Positions 1 to 10,424 of a stretch of 64,000 nucleotides of DNA are shown here, in pieces; positions within the stretch are counted from its first letter, which is position 1, and each line of letters begins with the position of its first letter. The stretch spans positions 128,001 to 192,000 of the forward strand of contig OZ219790.1 of assembly GCA_964291215.2 (NCBI GenBank), given 5' to 3'. Source of the stretch: Alphaproteobacteria bacterium. GTDB lineage: Bacteria > Pseudomonadota > Alphaproteobacteria > MPNO01 > UBA830. Under the pieces are notes generated by a model. It saw only the letters and a list, made by a program, of their open reading frames with translations. It was not told the DNA's origin and ran no database searches. Position numbers and translations under genes: made by a program.

Positions 1-1
1 G

Positions 2-217
2 GTGGATCTGTTCCACTATCAGACCGGCGGCGAGGCGGCCGAGTGCTTCGGGCTGCAGGAGCCGCCTCACCCGGAACTCGGCATCACGATGGACATGTCC
101 ATCGACCTGAGTGACGTGGCGATTTCGGACAACGGCAGCGAGCCCAACAGCAGTGCGGCGCAAGGATTGCCGGCCATACGCACCCCGGGCCAGATAGAAA
201 AGTCGTTCGGCGGATAG
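2..217 (+). CDS. C-terminal part of an unidentified protein entering from the left edge
   Basis: Open frame from the window edge, stop 7 nt before the sulfatase start; no recognisable motif. Confidence 0.4.
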   Translation: MDLFHYQTGGEAAECFGLQEPPHPELGITMDMSIDLSDVAISDNGSEPNSSAAQGLPAIRTPGQIEKSFGG

Positions 218-224
218 GAGCGGC

Positions 225-1916
225 GTGGTGGGCGCGGTCAGGAACATACTATTCATCATGTGCGACCAGCTTCGCTGGGATTATCTGTCCTGCTACGGCC
301 ACCCAAGACTGGACACTCCGAACATCGACGGACTCGCCGACCGCGGCGTGCGGTTCGACAGCGCCTATTGTCAGTCCCCGGTGTGCGGTGCGTCGCGCAT
401 GAGTTTTTATACCGGCCGGTATGTGAATTCTCATGGCGCCAGTTGGAATTTCGTCCCGCTCAGGATCGGCGAACAGACCATCGGCGACCATCTGCGGCCC
501 CACGGTATCCGCACCGCGCTGGTCGGCAAGACTCATATGCGTGCCGACTATGCCGGAATGGCGCGCCTCGGGATCGATCTGCATTCCGACGAAGGCGTGC
601 TGGCGGCCGAATGTGGTTTCGAGCCCTTTGAGCGGGACGACGGCGTCCACCCCAGCTCTAGTCACGATCCGAACCCCAGATACAATCAGTATCTCCGCGA
701 TCACGGCTTCGAGGCCGACAACCCGTGGGAGGATTGGGCGAACTCGGCGGAAGGTCCGGACGGAGAACTGCTGTCCGGCTGGTATCTGGAAAACTCGAAC
801 AAACCGGCGCGGGTTCCGGCCGAGCATTCCGAGACCGCGTATATGACCGGACGCGCCATCGACTTCCTGAACGATGCGGGAGACGAGCCCTTCTGCCTCC
901 ACCTCTCCTACATAAAACCGCACTGGCCCTACATGGCGCCGGCCCCCTATGCGACCATGTACAGCCCCGAAGACACCTACCCGGTCGTTCGCGGCGACGA
1001 AGAGAAGCAGGACCCGCATCCGGTCTTCGGCGCGTTCATCGACCAGCGCGTGTCACGGACCATGTCGCGGGATGAGGTCCGCGATGCGGTGCTTCCCGGC
1101 TACATGGGCATGATCAAGCAGATCGATGACGAAATCGGCCGCCTGCTTGAAGCACTAGAGGAACGCGGGCGGATGGACGATACGATGATCGTCTTTACCT
1201 CGGATCACGGCGACTACCTGGGCGATCACTGGATGGGTGAAAAGGACCTGTTCCACCAACCCAGCGTCCGAATTCCGCTCATCGTCCATGACCCGTCGCC
1301 GGACGCCGACGCGACCCGCGGGTCGGCAAGCGATGCGTTGGTTGAAGCAATCGACCTCGCGCCGACTTTCGTCGAAGCCATCGGCGGGTACCCCCAACCT
1401 CATGTTTTCGACGGCCGCTCCCTGACCCCGCTGCTGCACGGCGAAACGCCGGACGGCTGGCGGAGCTACGTCGTCAGCGAATACGACTACGCGTTCATGG
1501 ACCCCCGGCGCGCGCTGGGTACAAAACCCAGGGGTTGCTGGTTACGCATGGTATTTGACGGCCGGTTCAAATATGTCGACTGTGGCGAATACCCGCCGAT
1601 GCTGTTCGATCTGAAAGAAGATCCCCGGGAACTGAGAGATCTGGGAGCCGACCCGGCCTATGAGGCCGAGCGCTCGCGGTTGAAGGACCTGCTCTTTGAC
1701 TGGGCGATGAAACCCCGGCACCGGGTGACCGTAACCGACGGCATGCTGGAAACCGTCGATGTCCAGCGAAACATCACCGAAGCCGGCATTCTAATCGGCT
1801 ACTATGATCAGGATGATTTGGAGAAAGCCGCCGTGGCGTGGCAGGATCGCCCCATATTTGCGGCGTTCAACCCGGTTTGGGCCAAAGCGCAGAAGAAACT
1901 ACGCGGAGAAAACTGA
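225..1916 (+). CDS. Sulfatase-like hydrolase / phosphonate monoester hydrolase family
   Basis: NILFIMCDQLR, formylglycine-type motif CGASR, GKTH, KPHWP, TSDHGD..GEK; AGGAG RBS before GTG. Confidence 0.9.
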   Translation: MVGAVRNILFIMCDQLRWDYLSCYGHPRLDTPNIDGLADRGVRFDSAYCQSPVCGASRMSFYTGRYVNSHGASWNFVPLRIGEQTIGDHLRPHGIRTALVGKTHMRADYAGMARLGIDLHSDEGVLAAECGFEPFERDDGVHPSSSHDPNPRYNQYLRDHGFEADNPWEDWANSAEGPDGELLSGWYLENSNKPARVPAEHSETAYMTGRAIDFLNDAGDEPFCLHLSYIKPHWPYMAPAPYATMYSPEDTYPVVRGDEEKQDPHPVFGAFIDQRVSRTMSRDEVRDAVLPGYMGMIKQIDDEIGRLLEALEERGRMDDTMIVFTSDHGDYLGDHWMGEKDLFHQPSVRIPLIVHDPSPDADATRGSASDALVEAIDLAPTFVEAIGGYPQPHVFDGRSLTPLLHGETPDGWRSYVVSEYDYAFMDPRRALGTKPRGCWLRMVFDGRFKYVDCGEYPPMLFDLKEDPRELRDLGADPAYEAERSRLKDLLFDWAMKPRHRVTVTDGMLETVDVQRNITEAGILIGYYDQDDLEKAAVAWQDRPIFAAFNPVWAKAQKKLRGEN

Positions 1917-1918
1917 TC

Positions 1919-2404
1919 ATGAGCGTCAGTGCGCGGGACATCGATCGGATCGTCAACGACGCGAAACCCGTCGGCGGGATGGTGTGGAACGTGATGGGAC
2001 AGATCTACATTCCCAAACAGGTGGACGAAAAGGCGATCTGGTGGGAAGCTATCATGCCCGAGGAGAGCTACATTCCGCCCCATTCCCATTCCACCCAGGA
2101 TGAATTTCTTTTCATCACCGAGGGTGAGCTCCAGATGATCCTCAATGGCAAGGAGTTTGTCGCAGGCGCAGGTGAAGTTCTTCCATTTCCCAAGTACTCG
2201 ACCCACGCCCTGTTCAACAATAGCGGCGAGACGGTAAAGGGGGTTTTCTGGGCAGAGCCGACCAACAAGCTGTTTGATCTCTTCAAGGCACTCCACAATG
2301 TCGCCGACGCACATGAGGTCATCCGTATCTCGGATGCCCACGACATCCATTTTCAGCTGCCGGGTCAAGAACCCCGAATCGAGCCCTTGGCGGCCGCGCA
2401 ATAG
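1919..2404 (+). CDS. Cupin-domain protein
   Basis: PPHSHSTQDEFLFITEGEL and H..H cupin motifs; ATG 2 nt after the sulfatase stop. Confidence 0.8.
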   Translation: MSVSARDIDRIVNDAKPVGGMVWNVMGQIYIPKQVDEKAIWWEAIMPEESYIPPHSHSTQDEFLFITEGELQMILNGKEFVAGAGEVLPFPKYSTHALFNNSGETVKGVFWAEPTNKLFDLFKALHNVADAHEVIRISDAHDIHFQLPGQEPRIEPLAAAQ

Positions 2405-2418
2405 CCCGGCGCCGAATT

Positions 2419-2757
2419 GTAAGCGTTCGTTCATGCGGTGATGCCGCTGGCGACGTGCCGCAATCGTCGTGTTGTTGTGATTCGGTCACCAGGAAGTCCC
2501 TGTACGATCGCGAGCGTATTCGAGCCGAGGCGGCGGAGGGTCGCTGTGAGGAGCTGCGCTTGCAGGAGGTGGAGGGGCGCAGCCGCACGAATTCCCCCTG
2601 AAGGCGATTTTCGAGAGCAATCGCGAGAAGCTGGCAGCTGCCCGTGCGGAGGTCAGGGAAGTTCGGCGGACGGCGAAGCAGTCTCTTGCGCTGAAGCAGG
2701 AGGTTACACGTCCGGGCCAGATTCTTGCCGAGGCCGGCGTTGATGCGCGGAAGCGCT
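2419..2757 (+). mobile_element. IS66-family left end plus frameshifted coiled-coil N-terminus of its transposase (remnant)
   Basis: Starts GTAAGCGTTCGTTCATGCGGTGAT, identical to 12441-12464; encodes LYDRERIRAEAAEGRCEELR...EAGVDARKR, recalled from long IS66 transposases; right boundary approximate. Confidence 0.6.
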
Positions 2758-2813
2758 GGATTTTTATCACGTTGATATAACCTGATTTTTTGTCGGCCGA
2801 CTTCAACATGGCA

Positions 2814-3383
2814 CTACATTCCGTTGAATTCTGTCAGCTTGTGAGGCGGCTCCTCGTGCGGCGGGTTCGACATCAGCCGCCGAGGAGATTTCGGCAACCC
2901 CGGCGGTGCGTGTCTTGTCGGTTGACGATCAATCTGCCCTGGCGCAGGCGCGTGGTGACCCTGGTTCCGCATGCTCTCGCGGATTGATGTCCGGCACTTG
3001 TGGATGCCCCGCGCGGGGATCAGATGCACCGCGGCGAGCACGGCGATCAACAGGTGGGCGGCAATGCACTGGTCGAGCCAGATCGGGCGCAATCCGAGCT
3101 CGGATTTCAATGCACGGAAGGTGGCCTCGATATCCGTGATCCATGTTCCGAGGACGGTCTCGATATCCCGATCGCTGGTGCGCAGCACGCAGACACTCGC
3201 GTTGTCACCCGCCTTGTCGTATTGCGGCCTGTGGCTGAAGCGCACGGCCGTTGCGTTGGCGCCGGCCTTCTCGACAGTGATCTCGTAGTGCCGGGCGACG
3301 GTGGAGAAGCGCTGCTTGAGACCGCTCTCCGGCAAAAACACCTTGTCGTGGCGCCGGCCCTTGGCCAAGAGGTGGTGCTTTGC
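2814..3383 (-). pseudogene. IS1634-family transposase C-terminal remnant
   Basis: DIEATFRALKSELGLRPIW...IAAHLLIAVLA; degraded; cut by an IS256 end. Confidence 0.7.
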
Positions 3384-3435
3384 CGCCTCGAAGCGCAAAC
3401 CTCAGACAAATTTCCAGACATCAAGTTACAGTACC
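3384..3435 (-). mobile_element. Isolated IS256 left end (IRL)
   Basis: AAGCGCAAACCTCAGACAAATTTCCAGACATCAAGTTACAGTACC, same as the ends at 7608, 8802, 17860 and 51865. Confidence 0.85.
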
Positions 3436-4313
3436 TAAAGCTATTGCAAAATGGTGAAGAAATTGTGGTAGGTAATGTCATTGCCACCGATAACCTCGCC
3501 GATTTACCTGAACAAGATGTCGTTCTGCTTGCCCTGAAGTCCCACCAAATTATTGATGTGTTGGACAAGTTGTCAGGTATTATCGGCACAAATACTGTCA
3601 TGGTGACTCTGCAAAATGGCATCCCTTGGTGGTATTTTCAGAAGTTGCCGGGAGAATTTGAAAACCGCGTCGTCGAAACCGTTGATCCAGGGGGGGTGCT
3701 TCTCAATAGCATCAACCCTGACTGCCTGTTAGGCTGCATTGCCTATCCAGCTGCAGTAATTTCTGCACCAGGTGTTATCCAACATGTGGAAGGTGTTCGT
3801 TTTCCGGTCGGTGAACTTGATGGCAGCCTGTCTGATCGTGCCAATCAGGTTTCTGAAATACTAACAGAAGCGGGATTCAAGGCCCCAGTTCTGGATGACA
3901 TCCGTTCAGAAATCTGGCTCAAGCTGTGGGGCAACCTGACCTTTAACCCGATCAGTGCCATGACCCATTCTACTTTGGAGGCGATCTGCCAGTTTCCACT
4001 GACACGGGAACTGGCGGCTACCATGATGACCGAAGCTAAAGATGTAGCAGAGACACTTGGTGCAAGTTTCCGAGTTTCCCTTGAGCGGCGGATTGAAGGA
4101 GCAGAAAAAGTAGGTAAGCACAAAACCTCTATGTTGCAGGATGTAGAAGCTGGAAAATCGTTGGAAATTGATGGTATGCTGGGAGTCGTAATTGAACTCG
4201 CGAAAATGACTGGCACTCCAGTTCCCACTTTGAAAGCTGTTTATGCTTGTGTGGCATTGTTAAACCATACCATGGCGAAGGAAAGGATTTTCATCAAGGG
4301 TCAAGCGACCTAA
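3436..4313 (+). pseudogene. Ketopantoate reductase family (ApbA/PanE-like), N-terminal GxGxxG region removed by the IS256 end
   Basis: LLALKSHQ, TLQNGIPWW, IWLKLWGN..FNP, KTSMLQDVEAGK..EID; AT-richer than the core genes. Confidence 0.85.
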
Positions 4314-4364
4314 CCCCATCACTATTTGTTGATCACAGTGCGACACAAGCTGATGTGGACAAAC

Positions 4365-4400
4365 AGCCATGCCCTGAAGGTTAGCCATGCCCTGAAGGTT
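4365..4400. repeat. 18-bp tandem duplication AGCCATGCCCTGAAGGTT x2
   Basis: Exact repeat at 4365-4382 and 4383-4400. Confidence 0.9.
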
Positions 4401-4530
4401 ACTGCGTAAGTCAATAGTTGGTTGTACCCTTTCATTTTCGCTTGTCTATAAGAAAAATAAATTTATCAGAATAATCTCAAGATCGAAGTCATCACCAAGT
4501 TCTATGGGAGTCAAGGGAGTAGTTGAACAA

Positions 4531-4610
4531 TCGACTCCCCCTCAACATCACTCTTGAGGGGGAGTCGAAGAAGCCGAGCCGCAGGCGAAGATTGATTCGG
4601 TGGGGGGACG
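4531..4610. repeat. REP-like palindromic element with a 15-bp perfect stem
   Basis: TCGACTCCCCCTCAA-8nt-TTGAGGGGGAGTCGA followed by a GGTGGGGGG tail. Confidence 0.6.
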
Positions 4611-4781
4611 GGGCGGTTCAGACGGAGCCGCGCGCAGGGCAAGCGAGGTCCGGAGCCAACGAATCGGACTCGTCAGCTCGGGAATCGGTCGGGCCGTTCC
4701 CGCTTGCCGACTGATGCACGCATTGCTCTCTCCGGCATAAGTCGGTAGCCAACGGCATCACGCCCGGACTGTCGTGGATGG

Positions 4782-6305
4782 TCAACTCACGGTGAACTGT
4801 CCCATCATGCCACGATCCTCATGCTCCAGAATGTGACAGTGATACATATAGGGATACCGACCGCTCGCCGGATGATCGAAGCGAACGATGATTTCCGACC
4901 AGTCGTCGTCATCCACCACTACCATATCCTTCCAGCCCTGTTGATCGGCTGATACCGTCGCCCCTTCCATCTGCTCAATCAGGAACGAGCAGCCGTGCAC
5001 ATGAAACGGATGCGCGCCCTGGTTGGAGCGGATACGCCAGCGCTCCCAGACGCCGCGTTCAACCCGTTCATTGATGACATTCATATCCATCGCCACACCG
5101 TTGATGGCCATGTCCATGGCGGGATGACCACCGTCGTCGCCACCATCACCGTTATCCATGGTAAGCATGAAGTCACGAGTTAGCGCTATCTCCCGGGGTG
5201 ACGGGCGGATAATGGTGGCCAACCGCTCAGGCAGCGGCTCCGTATTTGCCTCCAGGGAGTTATCGACAATCAACCTCAGTGATGGTGACGGAAGGGCATC
5301 GTCGGAGCGGTCGAACTGGTCCCCCAAGCCGCCGAGAATGCCTTCTTCGTCATCGTCGAATTCATCTTCGAACAGGGTCAGTAATCCTGCGGGCTTGCCA
5401 TCGGCCATGTCGATAACGATTTCACATCGCTCGCCAGGTGACATTTCCATCGTCTTCAACGGTACCGGCGCTTCCAGTAAACCGCCATCACTGGCAATCT
5501 TGTGAAACGTACGGTTATCAGTAAAGGTCACGATGTAAAAACGGGCATTGGCGCCGTTGAGCAGCCGCAACCGTACCTTGCCAGCAGGCACGTTGGCAAC
5601 CGGCGCCACCGCGCCGTTGATGACTATGGTGTCACCCAGCCAGCCGTCCTCACCCGCGTCATGCAGCGAATAGACCAGATGACCTCGTTCACCGAAGGTT
5701 CGATCCTGGATGACAATGGGTAAATCATCGACGCCATATTGACGCGGTAGCGGCAGCGAGTCGGCCAATTCGTCATCAATGATGATCAGGCCGGCCAGGC
5801 CGCGATAGACTTGTTCGCCGGTCTTGCCATGGGTATGGGAGTGATACCAGCAGGTAGCTGCCGGCTGCACGATGGATAGACTAGGTTGCCAGATAGCGCC
5901 AGGTGCGATTGCCAATTGTGGACCACCATCGACCTCACCTGGCACATGCAAGCCGTGGCCATGGACAGCCACGCTTTCGGTCAGTGTGTTCTGGTAGTGC
6001 AAATTGAGCTCGCTGTGTTGCCGGGTCCGAATCGTCGGTCCCAGGTAGTTCTGGCTGAACCCCAAGGTTGGAGTTTCAACACCGAATTGGAAATTCCAGG
6101 TACCGCTGCGAATTTGCAGATTAATCGGCTTTCCCTCGCCAGCATCGACCAGAGGAGGTATCGGTAGCCGAGTCGGTGTCGTTTCGCTCCGGATGTCGGG
6201 GATGTAACCTGCGCCTAGCAAAGCGGCGCTACCGGCAAGAAACTGTCGCCGAGATAGTGTTGATGACACTTGAACGGTCCTCCTGTTTGCTAATAAATCG
6301 GACAT
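4782..6305 (-). CDS. Tat-exported multicopper oxidase (CueO/SufI-like)
   Basis: SRRQFL Tat motif; HGHG, WYHSH, HPFHVHG and HCHILEHEDRGMM copper motifs; true ATG lies within the IS256 target duplication. Confidence 0.92.
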   Translation of the reverse strand: MSDLLANRRTVQVSSTLSRRQFLAGSAALLGAGYIPDIRSETTPTRLPIPPLVDAGEGKPINLQIRSGTWNFQFGVETPTLGFSQNYLGPTIRTRQHSELNLHYQNTLTESVAVHGHGLHVPGEVDGGPQLAIAPGAIWQPSLSIVQPAATCWYHSHTHGKTGEQVYRGLAGLIIIDDELADSLPLPRQYGVDDLPIVIQDRTFGERGHLVYSLHDAGEDGWLGDTIVINGAVAPVANVPAGKVRLRLLNGANARFYIVTFTDNRTFHKIASDGGLLEAPVPLKTMEMSPGERCEIVIDMADGKPAGLLTLFEDEFDDDEEGILGGLGDQFDRSDDALPSPSLRLIVDNSLEANTEPLPERLATIIRPSPREIALTRDFMLTMDNGDGGDDGGHPAMDMAINGVAMDMNVINERVERGVWERWRIRSNQGAHPFHVHGCSFLIEQMEGATVSADQQGWKDMVVVDDDDWSEIIVRFDHPASGRYPYMYHCHILEHEDRGMMGQFTVS

Positions 6306-6307
6306 TT

Positions 6308-7608
6308 GATTACGCAACCTGATGTCTGGAAATTGTCGTGAAGCTGTCAGTCATCGAGCTGTTCCCATTTGATGTATGCCTTGGTTTCGGTTTCCCATTT
6401 TTCGTCGATGAGGACCGCGGTTGAGAGGCGCTCCAACGAGGCGAGGTTTGGAAAGACCCTGACTTTGGAGGTGCGCCGCTTGAGCTCTTGCTGGAGCTCG
6501 ATGCCGTTCGAGGTTCGCATACGTTTGCGGTGAGCATCGGGCAAGGTGAAGACAGCGAGCCCCGCATTCTTTTCCAGCCAGTCTGCGAAGCTTGGATGCT
6601 TGTCGCGATAGCTGGCCACGAGGGCGCCCAGTTCAGCCTCGGCGGTTTGGAGTGAGGACGCATTCCAAACGGCTCCGAGCTGTTTTCCAATACGTTTCCT
6701 GATGTCGTTGTTCGGTGCGTGCTGCACGGCGTTTTGCGCCAAGTGGAACTGGCAGCGCTGCCATGTCGCCGCGCCCAGCACCGCGCGTCGTGCTGCTTTC
6801 AGCCCAGCATGGTCATCCGAGACGATGAAGGTCGTACCATGCAGGGCTAGCAAGCTTTCCAGGAAGGCTCTCCAATGGACCTCGGCCTCGGAGAGCGCCA
6901 CAGAGAGCCCCAGAACGTGCCTGCAGCCCCTATTCCGATGGCCGAGAGCACTGCAACATCGCGCACAACGCCGTCATGGCGGGCTTTTTCGTAGCGCGCA
7001 TCCAGGATCAGGTATTTCATCAGCCCAAGGGGCCGGTTGCGCCAGGCGGTGAGTTCTTCGTCGAGCAACCTGGTGGCCCGGCTGACCTGAGAAGAGGACA
7101 GGCTCCCGAACTCGCGCATTACATCTTGCCGCGTGGAAACACCCTTGATGTACATCTCGGCTACGGCCAGCATGACGGCGCGAGAAGATCGCTGGCCGCG
7201 TTCAAGCGACTGGGGATAGAACGGGTTGTCCCCGTGACCGGCCGTCTTTGGCACCTGAACGGCAACAGGGGGGTGTCGATCCGCTTGTAGCCGTTGGCAT
7301 AGCCCTGTCGCTCCGGTGTCCGTTCGTAGTGGCCCGCTTTCAAGTACTGCTCACGCTCGATTTGCATCGCAAGCTCGAAGAGCTGGCCAAAGACCCGCCC
7401 CAGATCCGTTGCTCCGTTTGCGATCAGATGTTCCAAAACGGCCTCAATCGTCGTAGTGTGTCGCAGCTCCATTCGCTTCCTCCATGAAGGTTTTTCAACT
7501 CCATGGGATAGCACGATGGCGCCGCGTTTCACTGGGGGGCTAGCCCCCCAGTGAAACGCCTCAAAGCGCAAACCTCAGACAAATTTCCAGACATCAAGTT
7601 ACAGTACC
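6308..7608 (-). mobile_element. IS256-family element copy 1, transposase frameshifted
   Basis: Imperfect IRs GGTACTGTAACTTGATGTCTGGAAATT / GATTACGCAACCTGATGTCTGGAAATT; 8-bp TSD GGACATTT at 6300-6307 and 7609-7616; LDARYEK, VSDDH, WQRCQFH, RTSNGIE motifs. Confidence 0.95.
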
Positions 7609-7676
7609 GGACATTTCTATTTGCTCGTAATATACTCCATTTCACCATCACTTTGCAACGCTCGAGTTTGAGGCAG

Positions 7677-8801
7677 TTAAATGGTAGCCTCATTGCGCCC
7701 ATAGGTGAAGACACCGTCATCGTCCACGGACCACGTGAAGTGCTTCGCCATCTTGTACCTGCCGATGACCTTGCCGACCCGTTCCCCGATCTTCAAGGCC
7801 CCCTCGAGGCGGCGCTTGTCGCGCCGGGTCGCCGCGGCAATCGGTTCGAGCAGGGCCTCGGTGGCCTCGAGCAGTTCCTGGCGCTTGCGAGCCCGATCTT
7901 CGGCCAGCAGCGGGTTGCGGCACACCATGAGGCGTTCGCCGGGATACGCATTGCTGGTGATCTCCACCAGGTCTCTCTCGTCGAAGAGCGACATCTCGAC
8001 GTCGCCGGCCTCCACCAGTGAACGGATGGCCGGAAGGCGCTGATCCAGTCCAGACCTGCAGGCTTGACCTCCTCGCGGATGCGCGCCTCGGCCCCCCGGT
8101 CCCCCACCAGTACCACCTTCGCAAAGGAGAACCGCTCCCGCAGCGTGGCGATCTGTGAGGACACCGTGGCCGGGTGTTGCCGGGGAACACCGACACCGGA
8201 CACCCGTCCCGGTCGCACAGAAGGCCAAACTCGATCTGCAGCTTGCCCTTCTTGCCATCCCGGGAATGACCCCGTTTGGCCAGGGGACACCCCTCCATCC
8301 ACACCGAAGTCAGGAGCACCAAGCAGCCCTCTTCGAGGTGCCGCTTTGCCAGGGACCGCTCGATCCTCTCCTGACGCTCCAAGAGCCAGGCGCCGTAGAG
8401 GGCGTCCTCGTCCAGCTCCGCATCGAGGATCTCGCCCAGGGTGCTGACCGCTGTGGCCTCGGCCAGCCCCTGTGCCGTGGCCAGCTTCGAGGCGGGCTCG
8501 AGGATGCGTGCCGCGATCATGGCCAGGACCTGATCGCGCTCATGCGAGGGCTTCGGGTCGATCAGCCTGTCGAGACCGATCTTCTTCAGGGTTCCCAGCA
8601 CTGCGGCCACATGCCCATGGGGAAGGGAGCGGACGATGTCGAAGGCGTCGTTGAGATGTCGGACTGCGGTTCCTCCCTTGAGGAGGATGCGCAATCCCTC
8701 GACGAGAGCGGGGGACCACTTGGTGAGGTTGGCGATGGTGCGCTTCTTGACCTTTCCGTCTTCGCGATAGGACTCGCGGAGCAGGATGGCGCCGCGCGGG
8801 C
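7677..8801 (-). pseudogene. IS1634-family transposase remnant, multiply frameshifted
   Basis: AILLRESYREDGKVKKRTIANLT, GHSRDGKKGKLQIEFGLL, VGDRG, LFDERDLVEI, VCRNPLLA. Confidence 0.88.
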
Positions 8802-10095
8802 GGTACTGTAACTTGATGTCTGGAAATTTGTCTGAGGTTTGCGCTTTGAGGCGTTTCACTGGGGGGCTAGCCCCCCAGTGAAACGCGGCGCCATCGTGCT
8901 ATCCCATGGAGCTGTAAACATTCATGGAGGAAGCGAATGGAGCTGCGACACACTACGACGATTGAGGCCGTTTTGGAACATCTGATCGCAAACGGAGCAA
9001 CGGATCTGGGGCGGGTCTTTGGCCAGCTCTTCGAGCTTGCGATGCAAATCGAGCGTGAGCAGTACTTGAAAGCGGGCCACCGGACACCGGAGCGACAGGG
9101 CTATGCCAACGGCTACAAGCGGATCGACACCCCCCTGTTGCCGTTCAGGTGCCAAAGACGGCCGGTCACGGGGACAACCCGTTCTATCCCCAGTCGCTTG
9201 AACGCGGCCAGCGATCTTCTCGCGCCGTCATGCTGGCCGTAGCCGAGATGTACATCAAGGGTGTTTCCACGCGGCAAGATGTAATGCGCGAGTTCGGGAG
9301 CCTGTCCTCTTCTCAGGTCAGCCGGGCCACCAGGTTGCTCGATGAAGAACTCGCCGCCTGGCGCAACCGGCCCCTTGAGCTGATGAAATACCTGATCCTG
9401 GATGCGCGCTACGAAAAAGCCCGCCATGACGGCGTTGTGCGCGATGTTGCAGTGCTCTCGGCCATCGGAATAGGGGCCGACGAGCGCAGGCACGTTCTGG
9501 GGCTCTCTGTGGCGCTCTCCGAGGCCGAGGTCCATTGGAGAGCCTTCCTGGAAAGCTTGCTAGCCCGTGGCCTGCATGGTACGACCTTCATCGTCTCGGA
9601 TGACCATGCTGGGCTGAAAGCAGCACGACGCGCGGTGCTGGGCGCGGCGACATGGCAGCGCTGCCAGTTCCACTTGGCGCAAAACGCCGTGCAGCACGCA
9701 CCGAACAACGACATCAGGAAACGTATTGGAAAACAGCTCGGAGCCATGCGTCCTCACTCCAAACCGCCGAGGCTGAACTGGGCGCCCTCGTGGCCAGCTA
9801 TCGCGACAAGCATCCAAGCTTCGCAGACTGGCTGGAAAACAATGCGGGGCTCGCTGTCTTCACCTTGCCCGATGCTCACCACAAACGTATGCGAACCTCG
9901 AACGGCATCGAGCTCCAGCAAGAGCTCAAGCGGCGCACCTCCAAAGTCAGGGTCTTTCCGAACCTCGCCTCGTTGGAGCGCCTCTCAACCGCGGTCCTCA
10001 TCGACGAAAAATGGGAAACCGAAACCAAGATCAAATGGGAACAGCTCGATGACTGAGAGCTTCACGACAATTTCCAGACATCAGGTTGCGTAATC
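8802..10095 (+). mobile_element. IS256-family element copy 2, frameshifted, no TSD
   Basis: Same IRs as copy 1; flanks GCGCGGGC and CTATCCTT do not match. Confidence 0.93.
8851..8886. repeat. Perfect 36-bp palindrome inside the IS256 left end (also 7524-7559, 17909-17944, 51781-51816)
   Basis: GCGTTTCACTGGGGGGCTAGCCCCCCAGTGAAACGC equals its own reverse complement. Confidence 0.95.
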
Positions 10096-10096
10096 C

Positions 10097-10216
10097 TATC
10101 CTTGGACCGTGATCCCTGTCGAGCGTCGCAACGACTATATGGTCGCCCTCGAGCAGGCGAGCGTCTATCAGAATATCTCTCCCTTCACGAACTTTGTAGG
10201 GGGAGCTTGTCAATGA
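10097..10216 (+). pseudogene. C-terminal remnant of a Fic-family protein
   Basis: Own translation YPWTVIPVERRNDYMVALEQASVYQNISPFTNFV resembles the Fic C-terminal segment after the catalytic motif; 5' part replaced by IS256. Confidence 0.6.
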
Positions 10217-10424
10217 CGGGCTCCGGGGCAGACCGGTGGCGAAAGTGCCAGAAGAGCACCGGACAAAGCAGCAACGGGAGGCAGGTCCGGGGCGGGAAGG
10301 AAGGGCTCAATGATCGCGCATATCCACGATCGGTTCGTAACCTTGCTAAGCCTCCGCATGCGGGCCATCATGGCCCCGTGTCCCGGGAAGTTGCAATCCC
10401 GGTTGGTCGATCAGGAAGTAATCC

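Noticed and set aside
3000-4313. 437-aa ORF read as one protein
   Set aside because: Chimera of antisense IS1634 sequence, an IS256 end and a truncated ketopantoate reductase
4365-4400. Possible CRISPR or iteron repeat
   Set aside because: Only two abutting units with no spacer; no CRISPR array or cas gene seen in the window
8937-10095. Programmed frameshifting to explain the split IS256 ORFs
   Set aside because: Breaks differ between copies and coincide with deletions; IS256 uses a single ORF
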